From Cereibacter sphaeroides 2.4.1 (lineage in GTDB: Bacteria > Pseudomonadota > Alphaproteobacteria > Rhodobacterales > Rhodobacteraceae): a stretch of DNA of 32,000 nt. A model generated the notes under the pieces. It searched no databases and was not told the origin of the DNA. It worked only from the letters and a program-made list of their open reading frames with translations. Of the stretch, positions 1 through 8,391 are shown in pieces; position 1 is the stretch's first letter; each line of letters starts with the position of its first letter. Position numbers and translations under genes: made by a program. Location of the stretch: positions 30,001-62,000 of the forward strand of contig NC_007490.2 in assembly GCF_000012905.2 (NCBI RefSeq), in the 5' to 3' direction.

Positions 1-6
1 AACGCG

Positions 7-159
7 ACGTTGTGTACATAAATGTTGCATCAAGGCCACGATTACTGTACGTTTAGCCTAACAGCGAACGTTCTCTTCAACCTTTGTACGTTAAAGCAAA
101 CGCAACACTTGCATTCGTTCCACCTGCTCCCAAGTCGAGAGTTTATGTACAGAACTGTA
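7..159. repeat. Cluster of TGTAC-core / ACGTT short repeats upstream of ORF 220..1173 (candidate operator or iteron-like array)
   Basis: TGTAC(A/G) at 13-18, 46-51, 85-90 and 146-151. The exact 8-mer TGTACGTT occurs at 46-53 and 85-92. There is an 8-bp palindrome GAACGTTC at 66-73. The region is visibly AT-richer than the rest of the window. Confidence 0.4.
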
Positions 160-219
160 GCCGTCCTTAGTCGCGCGGGACGCACATAGGGACACCGTGA
201 AGCACTGGAGGACGGAGTC

Positions 220-1173
220 ATGGCATATCAGCAGGCGAATTGGATCACCATGCACGGGATCACCTTCGAGGCATCTGCTGCAATCGCTCTCCGTAAACTC
301 GATCCAGCCGCGCGTCAAATCGTCATGGTCAATCTAGCTCGGTTGCGGCTCAGGATCCTGAAGACGCCGCTGAACGCCTCCACCCCCGACGTAGTTGTGC
401 TCGAACACGTCCAGATCCGTGACCTGCGCGTCTGGTATGTCCGCAACGAGACCGACATGCTGGTCAAACGCTTTGAACGCACTATCCTCCGCTATCCTCT
501 TGATACAGTTCACCTGCTTCATCGAGCAGAATTTCCAATAGAGCCTCTCGCTCCTGGCGCCTCTACAACCTACGGGGCTTCTGGCGAACTCGAGCCATAC
601 GATCATGAGACGCCGCTGCTGGCCGAAAGCCCACCAGTGGCCTTCTTGCTGACACTGCGCAATAGCCGGTTGCAGGTCGCACTCGACACGCGAGCAGACA
701 GTGCGCTGGCTTGGCAGGCCGACTGGACCGCACCGCACTGGCCTCATGCGGGAAATGCACTGATGCTCGAGGCCCGGCTGATGCTAGACTTGAGGTTGCA
801 GCACGATACCAGCATTCGCGGCGCGTTCCGGATCTGGCAAAGGGAGGACCATGGGAACGACCTGCCACAACCGCTGCCCGCACCGGCCCGCCAAACAAAA
901 ACCTATGTGACACGCCCCACCGCGCGCAGAGCGCGCCCGCATGACCTGACGGATCGCGTCGCTGCAGGGGACTACAGCCATCTTGCCCAAGTAAGCGCTA
1001 TGATGCAGGCGATAGAGCTTCTGTCCCAAGGGCGGACCGATGGCTGGGCGCTGTGTCTCGACGCTTTAAAGGCCGCTGGGGACGACGTCTACTACGCCCT
1101 CTCGCTGGATGTAACACTGCGCAGGAGCACCCTGCGGCGGCGCTGGCAGGGGAAAGTCGACATCGAATGGTGA
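220..1173 (+). CDS. Hypothetical protein, 317 aa, no family recognised (ORFan-like)
   Basis: ATG at 220 is preceded by GGAGG at 207-211 (8-nt spacing). The frame is uninterrupted for 954 nt. Third-position GC looks lower than in neighbouring genes, and I recognise no motif. Confidence 0.5.
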   Translation: MAYQQANWITMHGITFEASAAIALRKLDPAARQIVMVNLARLRLRILKTPLNASTPDVVVLEHVQIRDLRVWYVRNETDMLVKRFERTILRYPLDTVHLLHRAEFPIEPLAPGASTTYGASGELEPYDHETPLLAESPPVAFLLTLRNSRLQVALDTRADSALAWQADWTAPHWPHAGNALMLEARLMLDLRLQHDTSIRGAFRIWQREDHGNDLPQPLPAPARQTKTYVTRPTARRARPHDLTDRVAAGDYSHLAQVSAMMQAIELLSQGRTDGWALCLDALKAAGDDVYYALSLDVTLRRSTLRRRWQGKVDIEW

Positions 1174-1189
1174 GTACGCGACGCGAGCT

Positions 1190-1609
1190 CGTCGTTATGC
1201 AGGCACAAGCACGCCAAGTGGGGAGACCTCGTCCGGAGCAGACTTTGCAAGCTGCCCCGTCCACCTACTACGATCCCTTGGCAAAGTATGCTGATCTGGC
1301 CCGGTTGCCTCGGTGCGACGTTCTGCGGCCCGAGAGCAAGCGCGTGTTCGAGAAGACTTGGCGGGTCTAAGGGGTTCGCGAGATCTGGCGTCAGTTGGAT
1401 CGCGAAGGCTTCGATGTCGACCGTTGCACCGTCGCCAGGCTGATGAAGGGCATGGTATTTAAGGCGTTATCCGCCGCAGGCCGCATAAAACGACGGTGCC
1501 GGACAAGAAGGTTCCATGCCCATTGGACAAGGTGAGCCGTCAGTTCCGCGTGCCGGCTCCCAACATGCTCTGGGTCAGCGATTTCACCTACGTCGCCATC
1601 TAATGGCTT
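1190..1609 (+). pseudogene. IS3-family transposase OrfB fragment (N-terminal half), decayed and truncated by the IS66 insertion
   Basis: Translation gives APSTYYD..., KRVFEKTWRV*GVREIWRQLDREGFDVDRCTVARLM and, after a frameshift near 1450, VIRRRPHKTTVPDKKVPCPLDKVSRQFRVPAPNMLWVSDFTYVA. These are classic IS3 OrfB motifs. There is an in-frame TAA at 1368-1370 where Tyr is expected. Homology stops at 1609, where the IS66 IRL begins. Confidence 0.75.
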
Positions 1610-1700
1610 GTGTGCGCCGCCTATGGCCCATTGATTTCCCGGGTTCCGGATCGGGATGGGAGGGGCGAGCCTCGTTCTGAGGCTTCAGAAGGAGGCGACG

Positions 1701-2106
1701 ATGCCGGATGGTGGTGAAGGGTTCGACGGCCGGATCGAGGTGATCCGGCGCACTCGTGGCTATCGGCGCTGGCCGGACGAGGTGAAGGCCACGGATCGTG
1801 GCGGAGAGCTTCCGCCTGGGCGTTCGTGTGGCAGAAATGGCGCGGCGGCACGGGGTTCTTGCGCACCAGCTTTCGGCTTGGCGGCGGCAAGCCCGGAAGG
1901 GGCTGCTCGCTCTGCCCGAGAACGCGGTGGAGGGTCTGGAGGCTGCCTTAGTGCCCCTGACGGTGGAGCCGGAGGTTGGCGCCGGACTGGATGGCCTGTC
2001 GGGCGTGGTCACCATCGAGATCGGCGTCGTCGTCCTGCGAGTTCCGGGTAATGTGCCGGCCGAACGGGCGGCGGCGCTGGTGCGGGCGCTGCGAGAGGCG
2101 GCATGA
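1701..2106 (+). pseudogene. tnpA: IS66 tnpA (orf1), frameshifted
   Basis: AGGAGG at 1689-1694 precedes ATG 1701 (MPDGGEGFDGRIEVIRRTRGYRRWPDEVKA). The frame then shifts near 1790 to ...RIVAESFRLGVRVAEMARRHGVLAHQLSAWRRQARKG. The stop overlaps the tnpB ATG (ATGA at 2103-2106). Confidence 0.7.
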
Positions 2107-2408
2107 TCATCGCCGGACAGCGGCTGCCGATCGTGGTGGCAACCCGGCCCGTCGACTTCCGCTGTGGCCATCAGGCGCTGGCGCTGATCGTGCAGGACCA
2201 GCTGAAGCTTGATCCGAACTAGGGCGTGACGGTGATCTTCCGCTCGGAGCGCGGTGACAGGCTGAAGATTTTGGTGTGGGACGGCAGTGGCCTGGTGCTG
2301 ATCTACAAGCGGCTCGAGCAGGGAAACTTCGCTTGGCCGAAGATCCAGGACGGGGTCATGCGTCTGTTCCGGGCGCAATATGAGGCGCTGTTCGAGGGGC
2401 TGGAGTAG
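2103..2408 (+). pseudogene. tnpB: IS66 tnpB (orf2) with in-frame amber stop
   Basis: MIIAGQRLPIVVATRPVDFRCGHQALALIVQDQLKLDPN is followed by TAG (2220-2222), then GVTVIFRSERGDRLKILVWDGSGLVLIYKRLEQGNFAWP in the same frame. This is the hallmark IS66 Orf2 sequence. Confidence 0.8.
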
Positions 2409-2519
2409 CGTCGGGTGGTGGCGCAGCGGGTGGCCCCACCGGCTGCGGCGGGGTGACTCAGGCGGCCCTTTCCGACCTTGTTTTATTGGGTTCACGGCCC
2501 GGATCGGGTAGAAGGGCAC

Positions 2520-4093
2520 ATGTCGTAGCCCGTCGATCTCAGCCGCTTTCCCGATCTTCCGCCCGAGGTGGTGAAGGCGTTTGAAGCCGCGAAGTTCGAA
2601 CTCTCGGTGGAGCGCGCCGCGCGCCTGCACGAGCAGGCGGTGGTGGCCGAGAAGGATGCCTTCATCGCCGACCTCAAGGAGCTGATCGGGAAGCTGGAGG
2701 GCCAGATCGCGCAGTACCGGCAGGCGAAGTTCGGGCCCAAATCCGAGAAGCTCGATCCGGCCCAGCTGGAACTGGCACTGGAGGATCTGGAAACCGCCAA
2801 AGCCGAGACCGAGGCGCGCATCGCCGCGGTCGAGGAGAGGATCGCGGCCAGCGCTCCCGATGCGGAGTAGACGCCCCGCGCGCCCCGCAGGGCTCGTGCC
2901 CTGCCGGACCACCTGCCGCGGGTCGAACGGGTGATCGAGCCCGAGAGCATCGCCTGCCCGTGCGGCTGCGGGGACATGGCCCGGATCGGCGAGGACCGCA
3001 CAGAGCGGCTCGACGTCATCCCGGCGCGCTATCAGGTCATCGTCACGATCCGCCCGAAATACGCCTGCCCGAAGGGGCGGATTGGCGTCGTCCAGGCCAA
3101 GGCTCCGGCGCATCTGCTGGAAGGCAGCTGGCCGACGGAGGCGCTGCTTGCCCATGTCGCCGTGGCCAAGCATTCCGAGCACATGCCGCTCAACCGGCAG
3201 GCCGTGGTCATGGCGCGGCTTGGCGTGCCGATCGACCGCTCGGTGCTGGCAGACTGGATGGGGCGGACGGGTGCGCTGATCGCGCCGGTGGTCGAGCGGA
3301 TGGCGGAACTGCTGAAGGCGCGCAGCTCGCGGCTCAACATGGACGAAACCACCGCTCCGGTGCTGGATCCGGGGCGCGGCAAGACCAGGACCGGCTATCT
3401 CTGGGCCATGCTGCGGGATGACCGGGGATGGGCGGCCTCTGCCACCCGGGCTGGTCTTCCACTACCGCCCGGCCACAGCGGTGAGTTCGCCGACGAGATC
3501 CTCGACGGCTTCCACGGCACCATTCAGGTTGACGCCTATGGTGGCTACAGCCACCTGGCCATGGCCGGCCGGATGGGCGGTCAGCCGTTGAAGCTGGCGT
3601 TCTGCTGGGCCCACGGTCGGAGAAAGCTGATCAAGGCCAAGCCGAAGATGGGCTCGCCCATCTTCGGCTTGGCGCTCCTGCGCATCGCGCTGCTGGATCA
3701 GTTCTTCGCCTGGCTTGCCGCCCGGGTCTCGCGCGAGTCGGACCTCGGCGATGCCATGGCCTACATGCTCCGCCGCCAGGCCGGCTTCCGACTGTTTTTG
3801 GAAGACGGCCACGTCGACATCGACTCCAACCTAGTCGAGAACGCCATCCGCAGCCCGGCCATGAACGGCCGCAACGCACTCTTCGCGGGCCACGACGAGG
3901 GCGGACGGTCCTGGGCGCGTTCGCGAGCCTGATCGGCACCTGCAAGATGAATGGCGTCGAGCCTCACGCCTACCTGCTCGACCTGTTCACCCGGCTCGCC
4001 CACAGCCACCTCGACAAGGACATCGACGCGCTGATGCCTTGGGCCTACATCCCGGCGGCCAACACCAAGGCCCCCTCACAACCGGCGAAATGA
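2520..4093 (+). pseudogene. tnpC: IS66 tnpC (DDE transposase), multiply disrupted
   Basis: There are in-frame TAG codons at codon 3 (2526-2528) and at 2868-2870. Compensating frameshifts lie around 3425-3470 (expected ...PPGLVFHYRPGHSGEF). An apparent internal deletion lies near 3665, and a frameshift near 3925 precedes the conserved C-terminus IGTCKMNGVEPHAYLLDLFTRLA...DALMPW (stop 4091-4093). Conserved motifs present are CPCGCG, MDETTAPVLDPGRGKTRTGYLW and IDSNLVENAIR. Confidence 0.8.
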
Positions 4094-4550
4094 CCTCATC
4101 CGTGAGGACCCAGTGAGCTCATATGAGTTCCGACAATCAGCGGACGCCGGCGCCCTTGCCGGGCGACCGCAAGCCAGAATTCAATGGGCCAGAGACGCCG
4201 CTTACGGCTCACCCGCTACCGTTGCACAATCAAAGGCGCGTTGACACCTTTCCCGCTTCGGGTCCGAACAGAGGACTGAGTGAGGAAGCTGCGTGTTAGG
4301 CCGGAGGTGTCGCTGGAGAACAATGCATCTGCGTAATCGGCGGCCATGTGAGGATCGTGTATGGGCCCGGGGAGGGCCGCGAGCTGTGGGCACTGTTGCG
4401 CTAGGTCAGTGATCGCGATGACCTAGTCGCCGCCGTCGCGCTCCAGGTCGGCTCATTGTCGAAACAGCATCATGTTGGCGACCACCGCTCCGAGAAAGGG
4501 CCCGCGTGCACCCGAGTGACATCGGACGAAGGCGCAGTGCGGCACATGTA

Positions 4551-4566
4551 GTTCACAGCTGTGAAC
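4551..4566. promoter_or_regulatory. parS: parS-like centromere site 1 (16-bp perfect palindrome GTTCACAGCTGTGAAC)
   Basis: It fits the published repABC parS consensus GTTNNCNGCNGNNAAC exactly and lies about 50 bp downstream of the repC stop. Confidence 0.7.
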
Positions 4567-4587
4567 TCTGCTGGATAGGCCTCCAAC

Positions 4588-4619
4588 GGCGTGATGTTCA
4601 CAGCTGTGAACATCACGCC
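4588..4619. promoter_or_regulatory. parS: parS-like centromere site 2 (same 16-mer at 4596-4611) embedded in a 32-bp perfect palindrome overlapping the repC stop codon
   Basis: GGCGTGATGTTCACAGCTGTGAACATCACGCC is a perfect palindrome. Its core is identical to site 1. The repC stop codon (4613-4615, minus strand) lies inside the right arm. Confidence 0.7.
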
Positions 4620-5836
4620 GCATCTCGTCGGGATATTAACGCCATAATCATCGGCCCGCAGGAAAACTCGCCCGCCGCGGCCTTCGTTGTGAGCGCGCGG
4701 AGGTATCCGCCGGGCGATCTGATTTCTGCAAAGCGCTCGAGCATGGCGACAACAACAATCGATGCCTGCTCTGGCCCCATAAAGCGCTGAGCTTCTTCCC
4801 AAGCGGACGCGCTGATCCCCATGGCCGGCCGCACATGGGACGCGGCGCTATAAAGTTGATGCCAGTGCCTGACTTCGCCTTGGTAGAAGGTCTTGAGCGA
4901 TGGACAGCCAGCAATCACCAAATGGAGCGGGATCTTTGGCAAGCGTTTTGTCTCCGCTTCCTCCCCGCCAGCAACAGATGTATCCCTTTCAATATGTGGC
5001 GCGCCGGCCGCCGGCCCGCCTTTTTCTAAGGCCGGTTCAAGATCTATGGTTTCTTTATTTGAATTATGAAGGCGGCGCTCATAATGGGCATCATTGGTGA
5101 TCATTTCTTCTGTTTCAGGGCCATCAATGATGTCGCGTGCCTGATCAAGGCGTGCTTCAAGGTCTTCTCGATATGCCGAAAGCTCTTCGAGAGTGAGCTT
5201 GCGGCGCAAGGCGCGCGCGGTCAGGACGGCTTTGTCGCGAAGCTGATCCCAGAGGCCAAGGCTTGGCTGGAGCTCCTCGCCGAACTCCGCTAGAGATGCG
5301 AGATCACGCCGCATGAGGCTCACGACCTCCCGCAGTCGGCGTACACGTTCTTCGGCCTCACGCACCGCCTCTGCAGCCCGTGCTACCTCTTCGGAACGGC
5401 GGTAAAGCGGCGAGAGATCAAAGCCGAAGGCCACTCGCTCTTCGCCGTGCTTGCGTACATACCTCTTCCCATTAGGGCTATCTCGGCGCATGAGCAAGCC
5501 AGCGTCCACCAGACGGGCAATGTGCCTGCGCATCGTAGAGCAAGGCATGCCATTCAGCCGCTCACAGATCGCCTTGTTGGATGGGAAGATGACCATGTCA
5601 GCGTTCCTGCCAAGTGCATCATCGGGAAAGAAGCTAAGAAGTCCCTGCAGTACAGTTAGATCGCGCTCGGAAATACCAAAGGTGGCCTGCGCCTTGGAGA
5701 GCTCGCGAAGGAGCTCCCACTTGCTGACGGGCTTGCCAGGAGCAGCCGCCTCAGGCTGCTGGACTACGCGCATATGAGCGAGCGAGATCGGCCGCATAAA
5801 CGGCGAAATCGGTGTGTACTCCATGATGTCGTTCAC
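4613..5836 (-). CDS. repC: Replication initiator RepC
   Basis: Characteristic RepC sequence is present: DLTVLQGLLSFFPDD...VIFPSNKAICERLNGMPCSTMRRHIARLVDAGLLMRRDSPNGKRYVRK. It is the third gene of the repA-repB-repC order. The first codon of the ORF is GTG (5836); an ATG at 5824 (MEYTPISPF...) is an alternative start. Confidence 0.93.
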   Translation of the reverse strand: MNDIMEYTPISPFMRPISLAHMRVVQQPEAAAPGKPVSKWELLRELSKAQATFGISERDLTVLQGLLSFFPDDALGRNADMVIFPSNKAICERLNGMPCSTMRRHIARLVDAGLLMRRDSPNGKRYVRKHGEERVAFGFDLSPLYRRSEEVARAAEAVREAEERVRRLREVVSLMRRDLASLAEFGEELQPSLGLWDQLRDKAVLTARALRRKLTLEELSAYREDLEARLDQARDIIDGPETEEMITNDAHYERRLHNSNKETIDLEPALEKGGPAAGAPHIERDTSVAGGEEAETKRLPKIPLHLVIAGCPSLKTFYQGEVRHWHQLYSAASHVRPAMGISASAWEEAQRFMGPEQASIVVVAMLERFAEIRSPGGYLRALTTKAAAGEFSCGPMIMALISRRDAA

Positions 5837-5909
5837 GAAGGCATAGAAAAGCCGTTCCGCAAATCACATAAGACTTGCGGTTTGCGCGCTGGCCCACTAC
5901 CTTGAAAGT

Positions 5910-5970
5910 GCTAAGATCAAAGTTGGGGTCTCGTGGAGCGCAAGCTTTGCGGGACCTTTTCTTTAGCCTG
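5910..5970 (+). ncRNA. Candidate repABC counter-transcribed RNA (ctRNA / incA-type antisense regulator)
   Basis: It lies in the 170-bp repB-repC spacer on the strand opposite repABC. A candidate promoter is CTTGCG (5874-5879)-N17-CTACCT (5897-5902). A terminator-like hairpin (GGTC..CGCAA-GCT-TTGCG..GACC, about 5926-5959) is followed by TTTTCTTT (5960-5967). The predicted length of about 60 nt matches known ctRNAs. The boundaries are estimates. Confidence 0.35.
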
Positions 5971-6006
5971 TACCGTGCCTCCTTTTTGTTGCTGCTCTGC
6001 CTCTCA

Positions 6007-7005
6007 TCATGTCTCGCGCCTCCAGCGATCATGAAGCTGATCGAGGACGTCTTGCGCATTGGCGTCGAGCCACTGCGCAAAGGCATCGTCCACATCCGTA
6101 AGTTCCAGCCGTAGCGCTCGGGCTGACCTCTTAATGGCGCCCGCAGGCGCGCCTTCGATCAGAAGGGGTTTCGGTCTCGGCTTCTTGGCGGGAGAATTAC
6201 CGTTGGTCTTTCTCACATAGCGTACAACGGCTTCAAAAGCCGTGACCGAAGGATCAACCTGGGGCTCTCCTTCGGCCTGTTCGCGTGCAGCCGCTTGGCC
6301 ACGGGCATCACTCGCCACCCGGCAAAGCTCCTCCATATCCATGCCGGCATCGGGGAGTTCCTTTGCCAGCGACTCCCATCTTGGGCGCCCAATGCCGTGA
6401 GCCGGTCCGATCGCATGGGCCAAGGCAGTCCCGATCGCCTTGGCAACCGAGATCGACATCGACACCGCAGAACGGGTCGCATTCAGCACTTCGGCAATCT
6501 GAGCCTGCGAACCAAAGCCGCTGTCGAGAAGCTCCTGTGCGAAGAGGGCGCGCTCAATGTAGCTCAGGTCACGCCTTCCAGTATTCTCGGAAACTTGGGC
6601 GCGCAGCGCGGCTGTATCGTCCAAAATCGCGATAAGCGCTCGGACCTTCTTGACCTTGTCGGAGGCACGAATGGCCTCGAGACGGCGGCGTCCATAGACG
6701 AGGAGATAGCGATCCGTTTCGGTCGGGTGGCGCCTCACAAGGATGGGGACGGTCTGGCCGTTCTGCTCGATTGACGCGCGCAGATCATGCACATCCTTGG
6801 GGTCCAGGCGATCCGAATACCTCTCGTCCTGGATCTCGACCGGATCGAGTTCCCAGACATGGTGAGCATCAACAGCATCGCGCGCCGAGCGCAGCGCCCG
6901 ATTACTTGACATCATGCTGCCCGGGGCAGGGGGCGTACCCGCCGCTGCGAGACTGTCCAGCATGGACATGCGCTTCTTCTTGCTGTCGGTCATCAGCGCC
7001 CCCAC
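6007..7005 (-). CDS. repB: Partition protein RepB (ParB family)
   Basis: ParB-box-like sequence VPILVRRHPTETDRYLLVYGRRRLEAIR, located between repA and repC. The more likely start is the ATG at 6993-6991 (MTDSKKKR), which shares one nucleotide with the repA TGA stop (TGATG). Confidence 0.9.
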   Translation of the reverse strand: MGALMTDSKKKRMSMLDSLAAAGTPPAPGSMMSSNRALRSARDAVDAHHVWELDPVEIQDERYSDRLDPKDVHDLRASIEQNGQTVPILVRRHPTETDRYLLVYGRRRLEAIRASDKVKKVRALIAILDDTAALRAQVSENTGRRDLSYIERALFAQELLDSGFGSQAQIAEVLNATRSAVSMSISVAKAIGTALAHAIGPAHGIGRPRWESLAKELPDAGMDMEELCRVASDARGQAAAREQAEGEPQVDPSVTAFEAVVRYVRKTNGNSPAKKPRPKPLLIEGAPAGAIKRSARALRLELTDVDDAFAQWLDANAQDVLDQLHDRWRRET

Positions 7006-8177
7006 GTCATCTGGATAAGCTGGGCAATCTCGTCGTTGACAGCGTTCAGGCTTTCGATTGCCCGGTCATAGGTCGTCCGTGTGAAGGCGCTGCGTTCGAC
7101 CTCGTAAAGGGTCTGTTTGGTCAAGCCGGCATCCGATATGGCCGTCGACTTGAGCATCGGCGCGTTCAAGACCTTGTCGCCATACATCGTCCGCAAGAAG
7201 GCGACGATGCGGTTCTGTGGTGCGTCTGTCGGCTCATAACGGGTCAAGAGGTACCGCATCCAGTCATGCGACATGTCGGCACCACTGTCGGCGATGACGT
7301 CCATCAGGTCGGCCGTCATTCTGAGGAACTGGCTCATCGACATCACGTCGAGCATCTCTGGATGGATTGTTACGAGAACGCCTGTCGCGGCCGACAGTGC
7401 TGACATGGTCAAGAATCCGAGCTGCGGAGGACAGTCGATGACGACCACGTCATACCGCTCGTCGACCTGCGCCAGCGCCTCTTTCACACGGAAGAAGAAC
7501 AAACCAGCGTTGCCGCGAGAAAGCGCCCGCGGCGTCTCATGCTCGAACTCCATCAGTTCGAGATTTCCAGGAATCAGATCGAGGTTTGGGATGTATGTCT
7601 TTCGGATCACCTCTGTGATCGGGACGGGGTGTTCATAACGGATCGCATCATAGAGCGTGCCGCCGTCCAGCAGATCAAATTCAGGCTGAACCCCATGCAA
7701 GGCCGTCAAAGAAGCCTGCGGATCAAGGTCGATCGCTAGGACACGGTAGCCCTTGAGGGCCAACCTTTGAGCGAGATGCGCCGAGGAGGTCGTCTTTCCC
7801 GAGCCACCCTTGAAGTTCATCACGCCGATGATCTGCAGATGGTCACCGGCGCGACGACCGGGCAGATAATCTCCCGCCTTTCGAGCCGTTTTCTCTAGCA
7901 GAATTCTCAAGTTATGGATATCTTCAGCCGAATAATGTCGCCGGTTCCCCGAGGAAACTTCTGGCGACGGCCCCTTGCCATCAAGGTGGAGCTTTCTGAG
8001 GTAAGAGTCGTTAACGCCCAGCAGAGCAGCGGCCTCTCCAGAAGTGAATTTGCGCATAGACTTGGATGCATCGGGAGGGAACAGGCTCTCACGCTGCGAA
8101 TGCAGTTGTGCCGCCAACAGCTCCGAGTGCTGACGGATCACAGCGTTCAGTTCTTCCTGTGTATCCACTCTGCTCAT
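6993..8177 (-). CDS. repA: Partition ATPase RepA (ParA family)
   Basis: Deviant Walker A MNFKGGSGKTTSSAHLA, then AIDLDPQASLT. At 394 aa the size is typical of RepA, and it is the first gene of the cassette. Confidence 0.93.
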   Translation of the reverse strand: MSRVDTQEELNAVIRQHSELLAAQLHSQRESLFPPDASKSMRKFTSGEAAALLGVNDSYLRKLHLDGKGPSPEVSSGNRRHYSAEDIHNLRILLEKTARKAGDYLPGRRAGDHLQIIGVMNFKGGSGKTTSSAHLAQRLALKGYRVLAIDLDPQASLTALHGVQPEFDLLDGGTLYDAIRYEHPVPITEVIRKTYIPNLDLIPGNLELMEFEHETPRALSRGNAGLFFFRVKEALAQVDERYDVVVIDCPPQLGFLTMSALSAATGVLVTIHPEMLDVMSMSQFLRMTADLMDVIADSGADMSHDWMRYLLTRYEPTDAPQNRIVAFLRTMYGDKVLNAPMLKSTAISDAGLTKQTLYEVERSAFTRTTYDRAIESLNAVNDEIAQLIQMTWGR

Positions 8178-8219
8178 CTGCCCTCGCGCGCCCGCGGCGT
8201 GTTCACGGATTTCGGCGTT

Positions 8220-8241
8220 TAGTCACCCTTTTCCGTGACTA
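8220..8241. promoter_or_regulatory. Inverted repeat TAGTCAC-N8-GTGACTA upstream of repA (candidate RepA/RepB operator)
   Basis: The perfect 7-bp arms start 43 nt upstream of the repA start. Further AGTCA/TGACT copies are at 8252-8256, 8299-8303 and 8360-8364 within the 214-bp repA-vapB divergent spacer. Confidence 0.35.
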
Positions 8242-8391
8242 TTGCCGTGGGAGTCAGATTCGTGCAAGCTCTTTCTAAATCTGGTGTCAGCCGCTGCTTG
8301 ACTCACAAGCATAGGACGCCTTCGAGGACAGGCTTGCCCAAGCATCCAGTTGGATATACAGTCAGGGACGTTTATCACATAGGAGGTCACG

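Larger units (their letters stand above)
1610..4205 (+). mobile_element. IS66-family insertion sequence (2596 bp), non-functional because all three ORFs are disrupted
   Basis: Terminal inverted repeats are 1610-1638 (GTGTGCGCCGCCTATGGCCCATTGATTTC) and the reverse complement of 4177-4205 (GTAAGCGGCGTCTCTGGCCCATTGAATTC). They match at 23/29 positions with an 11/11 core TGGCCCATTGA. The internal tnpA-tnpB-tnpC order is typical of IS66. No clean 8-bp target duplication is present; only GGCT is shared by the flanks. Confidence 0.8.

Noticed and set aside
66-81. Possible alphaproteobacterial LexA box (GTTC-N7-GTTC / GAAC-N7-GAAC) around GAACGTTCTCTTCAAC
   Set aside because: The second half-site does not match on either strand at the required 7-nt spacing.
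2220-2870. Three in-frame TAG codons in IS66 genes as possible programmed amber read-through or recoding
   Set aside because: The same element also has several frameshifts and an internal deletion, and the neighbouring IS3 fragments carry in-frame TAA codons. Simple pseudogene decay explains everything.
1584-3182. 532-aa ORF on the minus strand across the IS66 element
   Set aside because: It is antisense to clearly recognisable IS66 tnpA/tnpB/tnpC sequence. It is Arg/Pro/Ala-rich and low-complexity, as expected for shadow frames in high-GC DNA, and has no motif.
4206-4550. Possible small genes or continuation of the interrupted IS3 OrfB after the IS66 element
   Set aside because: None of the three plus-strand frames continues the expected IS3 sequence after the FTYVA motif. 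Only short ORFs without an SD or motifs are present. A 7-bp-stem hairpin (CTAGGTC...GACCTAG, 4402-4427) is noted but unassigned.
4588-4619. The 32-bp palindrome as a rho-independent terminator of repABC
   Set aside because: No U-tract follows it on either strand. The parS interpretation is better supported, although a 3' stabilising hairpin role cannot be excluded.
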